Notes: generated by a model not told the origin, from the sequence alone. DNA of 64,000 nucleotides from Candidatus Kaiserbacteria bacterium RIFCSPHIGHO2_02_FULL_49_34 (GCA_001781205.1 MFLE01000025.1:87300-151299), one strand, 5' to 3'; shown: positions 9,104-18,742, counted from the stretch's first letter. Numbers and translations are program-made.

Positions 9104-10906
9104 CTATGCTGTTTGCCTCATTCGTACAATATAGATAAGAGTTAAGAGAGCAACGAAACCACCAGGTATAACAACATACCAAGGAATGCTACGTCCATTG
9201 AACGGAAGCCCTGTATTCGGCAGGCTTGGAACACTCGCGCCTACAATAACGGTGGCAATCGCATAATCTTTTGCAGTTAATCCGTTCGCCTCGCCGCTCG
9301 CAGAGATAGTGTTCACGGTTGTTTGAGTGAGGTATGCGTGACAGACATATACCCATGTTTCATTGGGATCAAGCTTTCCATCCCCATTTGTATCGCCAGA
9401 AATATATGTTACGGGGCTGCACTTATCATCGCTAAGCTTGACATTAGAGAGTGCGACCGTTCCTGGGTTAGTGACCTTATTTGCGTACACAACATTACCT
9501 CCGCCAACGGGAAGCACTATAGGGCTAGGAACCTTTGTTACCTTGATTAAAGGTGGCACGGAAGAAAGTCCAACAACAACAGTTGCCTGTGCAATATCAG
9601 TCGCACTAATACCGTTTGCCCATCCTGTTGCCGTAATAATGTTTGTGTGTGTTTTTGAGAGTGTCGTTGTACACGTATATTCCCACACCTCATCAACCTC
9701 GAGTCTTTGGTTGAGATTAAGGTCACCAGAAATCAATGTAATAGGGCTACAGGTATCGCCAACCATGGTTATATCATTCACGGGAACGGTTCCGATGTTA
9801 CTGAGTGTATAGGTATAGGTTACTGGTCCAGGACCATTCGGTAATGTGAGTGGACTTGGCACCTTCACCACCTCAATGAGCGGCGGTACAACAGAAGAAT
9901 ACGAGCCACTGCTTCCTCCACTACTCGGTACTGGAGCAACGACGGCCGCAATATCATTGTTGGTGACCGTACATGTCTTCACATCTCCGGCAGCCAGTGT
10001 TATTGTGCCGTCTGAAGCACAATCACCACCAAAGGTTGTCGCATAGCCAGAATCAGAAGTCTCTGTAACGGTATGCGTTCCTGCGGTAGTCGTTGTTGCC
10101 ACACCGGATGTTACACTTGCACCGTTAAGAAAGAGGGGGAAGTCAGCAATTACTTTCGTGCCGCCGTTGTCATTAACAACCACTTTGTTTACGACAAGTT
10201 GTGGCGGATCTTCACATGTTGGTTCAGAAATAGTAGTATTGAGCAATGTTACATCGCCACCGAGCGCTAACGCCCTACCATTCAAGGTAACGCCGGAACC
10301 AAAGTGGACACCGGTTCCTGCAATGATTGTTCCCACAAACGAAGAGCCGTTGATGGTTGCGAGTGAAGCAACTTGCCAATACACGTCACAAGCTCGAGCA
10401 CCATTGATGAGATTTACAGAACCAGACGATATAAAATCGCTTGATGCTCTAAATATATAGATACCCGGGCCATCGAGCGTGAGTACTCCGCCGTTTAATC
10501 GTCCTGCGCCGATGTCATAGACACCCGTCGTACGAGTTTCTCCATCAAGAGCAGGGCCAATGCTTGCTGTTGAAGCCTGACCTGTCATGTTATCGTTCGC
10601 GGTTGAAAGATTTGCTTGTACCGATGCCGATAAAATAGCGGTACTTGGCGCAACACCATCAGTAGAGTATATGGTGCCACCAACCATTGCGTCCGTTAAG
10701 TCGGTAATCCCAGCGCCAGTGCTGTTTATACCAACATCACCAGAAATGGTACCCGTTCCCGTAATTGCTGTTTGTGCAATGATAGAAAAAGGTTCTGCAG
10801 CGCCCAAACCTGGGTCTGTTGCCGCATGAGTAGTAGTAGGCACTACCATACCAAACAGCAGCGCAATACCAAGTAATGCCGCTGAAAGCTTATTAATTTT
10901 CTGCAT
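9104..10906 (-). CDS. Cell-surface protein: signal peptide, ice-binding-like (DUF3494) beta-helix domain, two tandem ~105-aa Ig-like/DUF11-type repeats and C-terminal LPNTG sorting signal
   Basis: Signal peptide MQKINKLSAALLGIALLFGMVVPTTTHA. LGAAEPFSIIAQTAITGTGTISGDVG...GRALALGGDVTLLNTTIS matches the DUF3494 pattern. Two internal repeats (PPLIEV/PPLIKVTKVPSP...ATVVVG). C-terminal LPNTG + hydrophobic stretch + RMRQTA. Confidence 0.7.
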   Translation of the reverse strand: MQKINKLSAALLGIALLFGMVVPTTTHAATDPGLGAAEPFSIIAQTAITGTGTISGDVGINSTGAGITDLTDAMVGGTIYSTDGVAPSTAILSASVQANLSTANDNMTGQASTASIGPALDGETRTTGVYDIGAGRLNGGVLTLDGPGIYIFRASSDFISSGSVNLINGARACDVYWQVASLATINGSSFVGTIIAGTGVHFGSGVTLNGRALALGGDVTLLNTTISEPTCEDPPQLVVNKVVVNDNGGTKVIADFPLFLNGASVTSGVATTTTAGTHTVTETSDSGYATTFGGDCASDGTITLAAGDVKTCTVTNNDIAAVVAPVPSSGGSSGSYSSVVPPLIEVVKVPSPLTLPNGPGPVTYTYTLSNIGTVPVNDITMVGDTCSPITLISGDLNLNQRLEVDEVWEYTCTTTLSKTHTNIITATGWANGISATDIAQATVVVGLSSVPPLIKVTKVPSPIVLPVGGGNVVYANKVTNPGTVALSNVKLSDDKCSPVTYISGDTNGDGKLDPNETWVYVCHAYLTQTTVNTISASGEANGLTAKDYAIATVIVGASVPSLPNTGLPFNGRSIPWYVVIPGGFVALLTLIYIVRMRQTA

Positions 10907-11265
10907 AGATATTTATGTTGTTAAATATATTCATCAAGTAGCGTTTACTCACGATACAAAACAATATATGCCTCAGAGGGGTTGGTGATTCTAGATCCTT
11001 ACTTACCATTCTACGCATCATTAGTATCTTTGCAATGTGGATAACTCCCCAGACCCACAACCAGACATATTAATTTTGTGTGTGTTTTAAAAACATATCA
11101 CTCTGTATTATCTCTGTGGTCACGATCGCTAAGGTATTTTGTGAGCTGCGCTCATAAAATACTAGGCGTCCCGACCCGGGCGTATGCGATTTTTCTGCCC
11201 TAGGAAAGGGGCAGAAAAATATCGCTCCGCCTGGCACAGAGGCCGAAGGCGAAGCAGTTCGCCTT

Positions 11266-11312
11266 CTAAAAAGAATACACATCAGACATTCGTCTGATGT
11301 GTATTCTTTTTA
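11266..11312. terminator. Long perfect hairpin (AGAATACACATCAGAC-attc-GTCTGATGTGTATTCT) flanked by A/T runs; terminator 3' of tRNA-Arg
   Basis: 16-bp perfect stem, A5 upstream and T5 downstream. Confidence 0.6.
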
Positions 11313-11318
11313 CCTCTG

Positions 11319-11390
11319 TGCCCCCAGCCGGAATCGAACCAGCATTTTTCCCTTAGGACGGGATTGTTCTATCCATTGAACTATGGAGGC
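11319..11390 (-). tRNA. tRNA-Arg (anticodon CCT)
   Basis: Reverse complement folds as acceptor GCCTCCA/TGGGGGC, D-arm GTTC-AATGGATA-GAAC, anticodon loop GTCCTAA (CCT), T-arm GCTGG-TTCGATT-CCGGC. CCA not encoded. Confidence 0.7.
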
Positions 11391-11431
11391 GTGAGCGCTT
11401 GCGCGCTGTTTTTCTGAGTTTGTTTGTGTTG

Positions 11432-12469
11432 CTACGCAACAATGGCGCCGCCGAGGCACTCATTATCTTTTGTGTAGAAGACTACGGATTGACCACGGGC
11501 AGGGCGTTCGGTTTGTGTTGGGGTGGTGAGGGTGTTGCCGTGGAGCGTAACTTCGAATGGCTCTTGGCGGTAGCGGAATTGGGCAAGCATTTTCTCTTGA
11601 GGGGTATTGACCCAGGAGATGTTGGTGAGGAGTATTCCCTCGCCTTCTTCTATTCTTGGTGCAGCAGTGCCGACGGTGATGGTATTTGCTTCAATATCTT
11701 TTGCGATGACGTAGTGAGGCTGTTCGTGTGTTGTTGCTGCATCAATGGTGAAGCCGTGACGCTGGCCGTAGGTGTAGATGAGTGCGCCATTGTGGGTACC
11801 GATTTTTTCGCCCGACTCATTCAGCACTGCACCTGGCACAAGTGTTGTGTAGTGTGACAAAAATTCTTCAATATCAACGTGTCCGAGGAAGCAGATGCCT
11901 TGGCTGTCTTTCTTTTCCGCGACAGGCACATTGTGTGCGAGCGCATATTCGCGAACCTGTGGTTTTGGAAGATGTCCAACCGGAAACATGGTGTGCGCCA
12001 AGTCATCACTCGTAAGCTGCCAAAGGAAGTATGACTGGTCTTTGTTAGCATCGTTACCGCGCGCAAGCTGCGGCACGCCATTGTCATCTTTCAAAACCTG
12101 CGCATAATGCCCTGTTGCGATAAAGTCCGCACCGCGCGCTTTGGCAAATTCCCAAAACACGCCAAACTTCACATGACGGTTACACATCACATCAGGGTTC
12201 GGCGTATTGCCTTTGAGGTACTCCGCAATCATGTATTCGCCAACAGCAGTTTTGTACGCTTCTTCGGCGTCGCAGGTAAGGAACGGGATTTCGAGCGATG
12301 CCGCAACACGCATTGCGTCGAGTCGTTCTTGCTCCCAATTACACACGAGAAAGTCCGGTTGCCATGTCTTAATAAACACGCCAACAACCTCATGCCCCTG
12401 TGCCTTGAGCATGTGCGCCGATACCGACGAATCAACACCTCCCGAAAGTCCTACAAATACTTTTGCCAT
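11432..12469 (-). CDS. mnmA: tRNA-specific 2-thiouridylase
   Basis: PP-loop SGGVDSS near the N-terminus (start at MAKVFVGLSGGVDSS), conserved catalytic cysteines, overall MnmA length and order. Confidence 0.85.
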   Translation of the reverse strand: MAKVFVGLSGGVDSSVSAHMLKAQGHEVVGVFIKTWQPDFLVCNWEQERLDAMRVAASLEIPFLTCDAEEAYKTAVGEYMIAEYLKGNTPNPDVMCNRHVKFGVFWEFAKARGADFIATGHYAQVLKDDNGVPQLARGNDANKDQSYFLWQLTSDDLAHTMFPVGHLPKPQVREYALAHNVPVAEKKDSQGICFLGHVDIEEFLSHYTTLVPGAVLNESGEKIGTHNGALIYTYGQRHGFTIDAATTHEQPHYVIAKDIEANTITVGTAAPRIEEGEGILLTNISWVNTPQEKMLAQFRYRQEPFEVTLHGNTLTTPTQTERPARGQSVVFYTKDNECLGGAIVA

Positions 12470-12597
12470 ATTATCTATTGATACCCACACCATACACCAA
12501 AACATCTCGTTCTGCCATCACCTAGAAATCAACACTTGCAAATGTGTGGATTATGGTATACTTGTACGAATGAGTGTCTTGAACGCCATCATACACT

Positions 12598-13287
12598 ATG
12601 GACACAACACCAATTCTCGCAACCATCAACACTGCCGCGACCGCTATCGGCGCGCTCTATTGTTTGGTGCTCGCCACCATCATTGCATTGCGCGGCATGA
12701 AAGGACTATTTGAGCGTATTGTATTTGCAATATGTCTCGTGTTTGCGCTTCGTTCAGTACTGATATGGCTTGGCACCACATTTTCATGGGTTGGCTATTA
12801 TCATATCCCGGCTTCTCTCAGCATTATCGGCGCAACGCTTCTCGCGATTCTGCCATTCATACTTTTCTCACGCAAACTACAACTCTTTCCAAGCATCCTT
12901 ATACTTATCGGTATCGCAACGACCTTACTTATGGTGACCCCCGATATGATCTACGGTCAAACATACTTCGCGGCGACAGGTTTTCCTGTTCTGACATTCG
13001 GACCATTCATTAATGTGTATCGTATTGTACTCTCCACTCTTCTGATTGTTCCTCTTATTGTCTACTTGATTCATAATCGTCACCGCCACACACATGACAT
13101 GCGCACGGTTGCGAATACGCTTTTCGTCGGCCAGAGTATCTATAGTGCTTTTGTCATTGCAAGCACGGTTGTACTTCCTATTTTCAGTATTACCTCACTC
13201 ACCTACTATAATACTCTTGTTGGCATTGCGATTATCGCTTCATGCTTCACGGTTGTTATCACACATCCGCACGCGTACCGCTCATAG
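12598..13287 (+). CDS. Polytopic integral membrane protein, unknown function
   Basis: 229 aa, about 7 hydrophobic helices, no soluble domain. Confidence 0.5.
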   Translation: MDTTPILATINTAATAIGALYCLVLATIIALRGMKGLFERIVFAICLVFALRSVLIWLGTTFSWVGYYHIPASLSIIGATLLAILPFILFSRKLQLFPSILILIGIATTLLMVTPDMIYGQTYFAATGFPVLTFGPFINVYRIVLSTLLIVPLIVYLIHNRHRHTHDMRTVANTLFVGQSIYSAFVIASTVVLPIFSITSLTYYNTLVGIAIIASCFTVVITHPHAYRS

Positions 13288-13294
13288 CTTCAGC

Positions 13295-14386
13295 CTATTC
13301 ATCATCACTCTCCATGCGTGTTGGTTTTTCTATGAGAAGCGCCTCCGAATCCATTGCGGTACCGGTTATTTTCATGACGTCTTTGTCGATTTTACCAAAC
13401 TCTTTTTGTGCCGAGTTATAGTGGTTCACCGTCGTCTCAAGCGATTTACCGAGCTTTGACGTATAGTCCTCATATGCCTTCAGGTGGCGTGAGAGTGCTT
13501 CGACATGCTTACCAATCTGCTTTGCAGACTCTTCTATTTTGAAGGCACGGAAACCATAGAGGACAGATTGGAGATATGCGGAGAAAGTGGTTGGCGAAAC
13601 AATGATGACGTTCTTATCTTTGTAGGCATATTCAAGGAGTGAGCGCGTATTCACTTTCACCGCACCAACTTCGTTGACCATAAGGTCATAGTAGATGCCT
13701 TCGGCGGGAATGTACATAAACGCAAACGGGAGGGTTCCCTCTTTTGGGCGAATATACTTCGCGGTTTCGTCGATGCGGACGCGGAGGTCTTTGATGAAAT
13801 CGCGCTCATACTGTTCACGCTCAGCGTCGGTCTGCGCCGCGATAAGTCGCTCGTAGTTGTCGAGTGAAAACTTCGAGTCAATCGGCACAAGTCCTTCGGG
13901 AGTATGAATGACGGCATCAACCACGGCGTTGTCTTTAAATGGATACTGCATCGTATAGGATCCGGGAGGGAGAATATTTTCGAGCGCTAGTTTGAGCGAT
14001 GCTTCACCGAGATTACCGCGCTGCTTTTGATGCTTGAGCACTTTTTCGAGATTGTTGAGCTGGTCGGCAATCGTAAATACCTGTTTCGAGGATTCCGAAA
14101 CTTCGGCGACACCTTTGACGACATGCATGAGTCGCTCGTTCATTTCCTTGTTTATCCTTGTGATAAAATCCTGACTCTCACGAAACTGCGACTGTACTGA
14201 GCGGTGCATTTTGTCGGAACTATCACTTAGACGCACATCCATAGTTTTCGTAAGTTGCTGAAGCTGCTGTTGCAGCATAAGCATCCCCTGCACATCATTC
14301 TCCTTTTCCTCTTTCCGGAAGAAAAATACATAGACAAGTATTCCTAAAATTGCCACAAGAAGGGCGATAATCACAGTTGTATTCAT
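13295..14386 (-). CDS. rmuC: DNA recombination protein RmuC
   Basis: N-terminal TM anchor, long coiled-coil, and C-terminal RmuC nuclease-like region (YIRPKEGTLPFAFMYIPAEGIYYD...VIIVSPTTF). Confidence 0.75.
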   Translation of the reverse strand: MNTTVIIALLVAILGILVYVFFFRKEEKENDVQGMLMLQQQLQQLTKTMDVRLSDSSDKMHRSVQSQFRESQDFITRINKEMNERLMHVVKGVAEVSESSKQVFTIADQLNNLEKVLKHQKQRGNLGEASLKLALENILPPGSYTMQYPFKDNAVVDAVIHTPEGLVPIDSKFSLDNYERLIAAQTDAEREQYERDFIKDLRVRIDETAKYIRPKEGTLPFAFMYIPAEGIYYDLMVNEVGAVKVNTRSLLEYAYKDKNVIIVSPTTFSAYLQSVLYGFRAFKIEESAKQIGKHVEALSRHLKAYEDYTSKLGKSLETTVNHYNSAQKEFGKIDKDVMKITGTAMDSEALLIEKPTRMESDDE

Positions 14387-14472
14387 ATGCTGGTTAGTAT
14401 ATCATGAAAGGTATCCAGACACCTCACGTCGTGATAAAACTTTCAGATTTTGAGGCAAAAGTCCGAGCTGGA

Positions 14473-14501
14473 GACTGAGCCGAACTCTGTTCGGCTCAGT
14501 C
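14473..14501. promoter_or_regulatory. 13-bp perfect palindrome (GACTGAGCCGAAC-tct-GTTCGGCTCAGTC) in the divergent rmuC/yqeY intergenic region; candidate operator
   Basis: Exact inverted repeat seen directly; lies between two divergently transcribed genes. Confidence 0.35.
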
Positions 14502-14614
14502 GAAGTGAAGGCTTTTGACCGAAATATGGAAGTTTTAGCCGACGAGACTATAATCACGCAAGAACTCACTTATTAGTATTACCTACCTGCGGTGAGGGGT
14601 TTGGACACCTTTTT

Positions 14615-15067
14615 ATGTTACACGAAGAAATTAAGGGTGCCCTCAAGGACGCCATGAAAGCGCGCGACGAGGTTCGTTTGCGTACGGTTCGCTCAATGCT
14701 GACCGCATTTATGAATGAGCTCGTTGCCACCGGCAAGAAGCCACAAGAAATGCTCGACGACTCAGGCGTACTTGCAGTGATTAAGCGCCTTGCCAAGCAG
14801 CGCAAGGACTCTATCGAGCAATTCACCGCGGCCGGCCGCGACGAACTCGCGCAGGTTGAAAAAGACGAGCTTGCCGTGCTTGAAACCTACCTTCCAACAC
14901 TCATGTCACGCGACGCAATTCGTCCAATTGCTGCCGCAAAAATCGCCGAACTCGGTGTTGTCGACAAATCAAAAATGGGTCTTATTGTCGGCTCCCTCAT
15001 GAAAGACCTCGCCGGTCAAGCAGACGGCGGTGACGTAAAATCAGTTATCGAGGAACTCCTTGCATAA
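14615..15067 (+). CDS. yqeY: GatB/YqeY domain protein
   Basis: 150-aa all-helical protein with the YqeY/GatB C-terminal-domain signature (LKDAMKARDEVRL...AVLETYLP...MGLIVG). Confidence 0.8.
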   Translation: MLHEEIKGALKDAMKARDEVRLRTVRSMLTAFMNELVATGKKPQEMLDDSGVLAVIKRLAKQRKDSIEQFTAAGRDELAQVEKDELAVLETYLPTLMSRDAIRPIAAAKIAELGVVDKSKMGLIVGSLMKDLAGQADGGDVKSVIEELLA

Positions 15068-15103
15068 CCATAAAATCACCCCTCCAGTACTGGAGGGGTG
15101 ATT

Positions 15104-15448
15104 TTATCGTCGAGCCTTTGCGGCGAGAACGAGTGCGATGACAAGAATCGGAATGTCGCGGAAAAGGATGTCAAACTGAGAGAGATTGAACAGAATGATG
15201 CCACCAAGCATTACTGCTGCGGCACTAGTAGGAATAAATATTTTCTTGCCCGAGAGTATCCAGAGAGCGAGGACAAACTCAACAAAACCAAATGTATGCA
15301 AAAGTGTGAGTGATGAAATTCCAAAAGATACCGCCCCGCTGAGTATAAATGGAGGGAAATACCCAATCCATGCGTAGGGGTTCTGCAACGCGCTCAGTGC
15401 CGGATACATGAGACTAAACGCGAGCGCAATACGAAGCGCGAGAATCAT
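15104..15448 (-). CDS. Small four-helix membrane protein (DoxX-like)
   Basis: 114 aa with four hydrophobic segments and a strong ATG context; family assignment tentative. Confidence 0.4.
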   Translation of the reverse strand: MILALRIALAFSLMYPALSALQNPYAWIGYFPPFILSGAVSFGISSLTLLHTFGFVEFVLALWILSGKKIFIPTSAAAVMLGGIILFNLSQFDILFRDIPILVIALVLAAKARR

Positions 15449-15451
15449 AGG

Positions 15452-15946
15452 CTATTCGGTTACTATAATCGTCCCCGTATTACTGACCTTGAGGTGGTCG
15501 TGGTATCGCCAGGTGCCAACTTCGGTAAAGGTAAATGCGTAGGCATCGCCACTTGCGAAAGGACGACATGCGTCGAATATCATAGACGTATCGGCTTCGG
15601 TACACTTTTTGATGTCAGACCCAGGGTATACGGTATGGGTTGGATGCATGCCAGTTGCTGGCCACATGTCAGCAGTCGTGTTGTTAATCCAGACGACACG
15701 ATCACCCACCTTAATGGTGAGCTCTTGGGGTGAGAACCCATCCACGGTATAGGTGACGGTATGTACCTCTTGGTTTGTTGCTTCCTGTGACGGTGTCACG
15801 ACTGTTTCTGCTGGCTCTGTTGCAACATCCGCTACAGGCGCCTCTACGACTGGTTCTTGAACAACCTCTGCTTCCGAACGAGTCAGGACGTACATTCCCC
15901 AGCCGAGAATAACAACACCAATGATAATTACTAGTTTCTTATACAT
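15452..15946 (-). CDS. Membrane-anchored secreted protein with cupredoxin-like beta-sandwich domain (tentative)
   Basis: N-terminal signal anchor, Pro/Glu/Val-rich linker, then a domain resembling plastocyanin-like folds (YTVDGFSPQELTIKVGDRVVWINNT...HPTH...C...HDH). Confidence 0.4.
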   Translation of the reverse strand: MYKKLVIIIGVVILGWGMYVLTRSEAEVVQEPVVEAPVADVATEPAETVVTPSQEATNQEVHTVTYTVDGFSPQELTIKVGDRVVWINNTTADMWPATGMHPTHTVYPGSDIKKCTEADTSMIFDACRPFASGDAYAFTFTEVGTWRYHDHLKVSNTGTIIVTE

Positions 15947-16114
15947 ACGTACTCTTTGTTAATTGATATAGTCTGAGTATACCACCACTTTCGGTGAGTC
16001 AAAATTTTTATGTAATTCGGCATATAAAAATATTGACATACATGCATCATTCTATATAGTTTGCCCAGAGTCGCTCATGCTGCTTGTTCTTTTGAAACTT
16101 CGAGGGTTACTCAC

Positions 16115-16558
16115 ATGAAAACTAATAACGTAGCAGGTATTCTTGCTGCAGCAGCACTGATAACTGTAGCCGCGCTCGCCTCTGTAGCCGTATTTGCTTT
16201 CTGCAGCGACACTGAGAGCGACTGGATTGCACAGAAACACTCTGGCGGTACAACCTACGTGTACACCGCATACGATCATGCGTATTGCTACGTATACGTA
16301 GGGGACACGGGTGATGTAACCATTGTCGCCCAAGAGTGGCGTGATGGTTTCGAATTTACCCACAAGTCATCTTGGGGAGAGAATGTCGCAAACATGAGGG
16401 AGCTCATGATGCGGCGCCCAACCGTTCCTGCTAATGTAGGCGTCGATACCACGTCAGATTATCGAACGTTCGACGCACAATGTGTCGAACCAGTCAAAAA
16501 ACTTCCAAAAGAGGTGCAGGCAAAATTCGGCGGACTTTTCGGTATTGGCGATAAGTAA
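16115..16558 (+). CDS. Secreted/membrane-anchored hypothetical protein
   Basis: Start at MKTNNVAGIL with RBS GAGGG; signal anchor; followed by intrinsic terminator. Confidence 0.5.
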   Translation: MKTNNVAGILAAAALITVAALASVAVFAFCSDTESDWIAQKHSGGTTYVYTAYDHAYCYVYVGDTGDVTIVAQEWRDGFEFTHKSSWGENVANMRELMMRRPTVPANVGVDTTSDYRTFDAQCVEPVKKLPKEVQAKFGGLFGIGDK

Positions 16559-16577
16559 CTCCGCAAACCCTGTTTGC

Positions 16578-16606
16578 AAAAAGCGCTCCGTGTGGGCGCT
16601 TTTTCT
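16578..16606 (+). terminator. Intrinsic terminator (AAGCGC-tccgtgtgg-GCGCTTTTT)
   Basis: GC stem plus T5 run directly after the 16115..16558 stop. Confidence 0.5.
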
Positions 16607-16620
16607 ACTGTCTCTTGAAA

Positions 16621-17319
16621 CTATGTTGTCTTCGGCCAAATATTTGCAGCTGCGGGATAGAGTTTTGTGAGTGGATGTTCGGTGCAATCATGTGGATGTG
16701 CTTTGCAGATATAGCGGCCGTAGAGGACGAGTCCGTTATTGACGTATTTCCAATCTTTTTTCGGTATGAGTTCTTCGAGATCGTGGGATATTTTCTTGAG
16801 ATCCTTATTTTTTGTGAGATTGAGTTTTAGTGCAAAGCGCTTTACGTGCGTATCAGTTGGGATTCCTTCCCAAATCTGAAAGAGATCGCCGAGAATAACA
16901 TGTGCTGTTTTGTAGCCGACGCCGGGGAGTTGTACCAGTTCCTTTTCCGTCTTTGGCACACGTCCACCAAACTTCTCGGCAACAATTTTTGCCGCACCAA
17001 TAATTGCCTTTGTTTTGTTGTTGAAGAAAGGGATACTCCCAATCTCCTTCGCAAATACCGCCGGGTCTGTCTCTGCGAAATCCTTCGCGGTGCGATATTT
17101 CTTGAAAATCTCCTTCGTGACAATATTCACCCGCTTATCCGTACACTGCGCCGAAAGCACCACTGCCACCAAAAACTGAAACTCCGTTTCGTAATCGAGC
17201 TCGCTTTTGACAACAGGATACAGTTTCTTCAACACTCGCACCATCTTCCCCGCTCGCGTTTTCCGTTCTTCAAGTAAATCCATTGCCCTATCGTACACTA
17301 CTTTGCCACTATTCCTCAA
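16621..17319 (-). CDS. nth: Endonuclease III (DNA-(apurinic/apyrimidinic site) lyase)
   Basis: HhH-GPD motif (LVQLPGVGYKTAHVILG...D) and C-terminal [4Fe-4S] cysteine cluster (CKAHPHDC...). Confidence 0.85.
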   Translation of the reverse strand: MRNSGKVVYDRAMDLLEERKTRAGKMVRVLKKLYPVVKSELDYETEFQFLVAVVLSAQCTDKRVNIVTKEIFKKYRTAKDFAETDPAVFAKEIGSIPFFNNKTKAIIGAAKIVAEKFGGRVPKTEKELVQLPGVGYKTAHVILGDLFQIWEGIPTDTHVKRFALKLNLTKNKDLKKISHDLEELIPKKDWKYVNNGLVLYGRYICKAHPHDCTEHPLTKLYPAAANIWPKTT

Positions 17320-17349
17320 GCCCTAAAGCGTAACCTGTCTCGGGAATAC

Positions 17350-17377
17350 TTGACACCTATAAATAAAGTGCTATAGT
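17350..17377 (+). promoter_or_regulatory. Sigma-70-type promoter: -35 TTGACA (17350-17355), 16-nt spacer, -10 TATAGT (17372-17377)
   Basis: Canonical hexamers about 55 nt upstream of the 17434 start. Confidence 0.5.
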
Positions 17378-17433
17378 TTTATCGTTCGTTCATTATTTTA
17401 TCTGTCCACAGCAACCACAAGAAGGGGCTACGC

Positions 17434-17973
17434 ATGGATACTCACAACAATCACTCCACCGAGACCGACAGCGGGTACCAGTGGGATTACATGGATGACC
17501 TCGATTATTATTATCCTGAGGAACCGCCTAAAATTTCTCATGTCTCCCTGAACGGAGACATCCTTCACAACGACTACAACCCGTTCGAAGACGAAGAAAA
17601 AGAGTTTTGGCTCTGGTACGACAACTGGCATGAGCGTGACGAATACCTCGACGCGCACATGCCGGCACATGTTGGCTCCTCCCTCACACGAGCAGAGCGC
17701 GTTGTCGCCGCCGCAAAGCGAGCGCATAACCACGACGCAGCTCGCGCCAATGCTGAGTTTATGCATGACGTTTCCCTCATCTCCCATATCGAGCATGTCT
17801 CGAGTGGCGAAGAGCGGTACGAGCGCATCAATACGCATTATCAGCATTGGGGTGCCCGGGACGAAAAGTATTATGCAAAACCCAAGCAGGTGGAGCAGAA
17901 ACGCGCTCATCGGAAGCTTCCTCGCAACAAGCGTGAGAGCATCCGCTATATGACGGCAGATCAGCCTGATTAG
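17434..17973 (+). CDS. Hypothetical acidic protein (D/E/Y-rich N-terminus)
   Basis: 179-aa ORF with RBS AAGAAGGGG, promoter upstream and terminator downstream. No recognisable domain. Confidence 0.5.
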   Translation: MDTHNNHSTETDSGYQWDYMDDLDYYYPEEPPKISHVSLNGDILHNDYNPFEDEEKEFWLWYDNWHERDEYLDAHMPAHVGSSLTRAERVVAAAKRAHNHDAARANAEFMHDVSLISHIEHVSSGEERYERINTHYQHWGARDEKYYAKPKQVEQKRAHRKLPRNKRESIRYMTADQPD

Positions 17974-18008
17974 TACGTCTGCCGCTAGGCGCAGTACATA
18001 AACCCGAA

Positions 18009-18033
18009 CCCCTCACCTGAGGGGTTCTTTTTA
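18009..18033 (+). terminator. Intrinsic terminator (CCCCTCA-cc-TGAGGGG + TTCTTTTT)
   Basis: Hairpin and T-run 35 nt after the 17973 stop. Confidence 0.55.
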
Positions 18034-18083
18034 TGCCCGCAAAGTCTTGACAAAATACTTTTTTAGTGCATAATATTGCCATT

Positions 18084-18737
18084 ATGACACCAATTATGAC
18101 ACATAAGGGTGAATTCCTTCTTTGGGTATTTATCTTGATGGCGGCAATGTATGGCGTGCTCTCAGCGACTAACTTTATTCCGAATGAACGTCCTCTTTCG
18201 TATGTGGTGGAAGAAAGCAATGAGTCAGTCATTGATGAATCGACCGTCAATGAAGTTATTCCGCGCGTAGCAACGAACGTAGCACTCGCAGGTGACGCAA
18301 CGCCGAACCAGATCATTATCGACAAGTTCAAGAAAACGCTCACTGTCAATAATCCGACAACGAGCGACATTGCAACTCTTGATAATTCCCTCCTCACAGG
18401 CGTCGCTCGCTATCCATCGTCCGCGACTATGAACGATGATGGCACTATGCTTATCTTCGGACACTCAAGCCATCTCGCGGTCGTGAAGAACATGAACTTC
18501 CGCGCGTTCAATGACATTGAAGACCTTCTCTGGGGCGACACCATTCGCGTTCGTTCAGATGATTACGAGTATGTCTACCGTGTCGACCGTGTCTATCAGC
18601 TTAAGGCAACCGCCGATTCTATTCCAATGGAACAAGGTATAAAGAAACTCGTCCTCGTGACCTGTAACACCTTCGGCGCAAAGGAAGACCGCTATATTGT
18701 TGAAGCATCATTTGTTGATGCAATAAAGCTCAACTAA
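18084..18737 (+). CDS. Second sortase-family transpeptidase (membrane-anchored); likely leaderless start
   Basis: Catalytic His (LIFGHSS), Cys (LVLVTCNTFGAK, TLxTC-type) and Arg. Promoter TTGACA(18047)-N18-TAATAT(18071) places the TSS at or near the ATG at 18084. The ORF-track start at 18066 would overlap the -10 element. Confidence 0.65.
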   Translation: MTPIMTHKGEFLLWVFILMAAMYGVLSATNFIPNERPLSYVVEESNESVIDESTVNEVIPRVATNVALAGDATPNQIIIDKFKKTLTVNNPTTSDIATLDNSLLTGVARYPSSATMNDDGTMLIFGHSSHLAVVKNMNFRAFNDIEDLLWGDTIRVRSDDYEYVYRVDRVYQLKATADSIPMEQGIKKLVLVTCNTFGAKEDRYIVEASFVDAIKLN

Positions 18738-18742
18738 AAAAA

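Noticed and set aside
11070-11282. 70-aa ORF on the minus strand in the tRNA-Arg flanking region
   Set aside because: Runs through terminator-like hairpins with no RBS; judged spurious.
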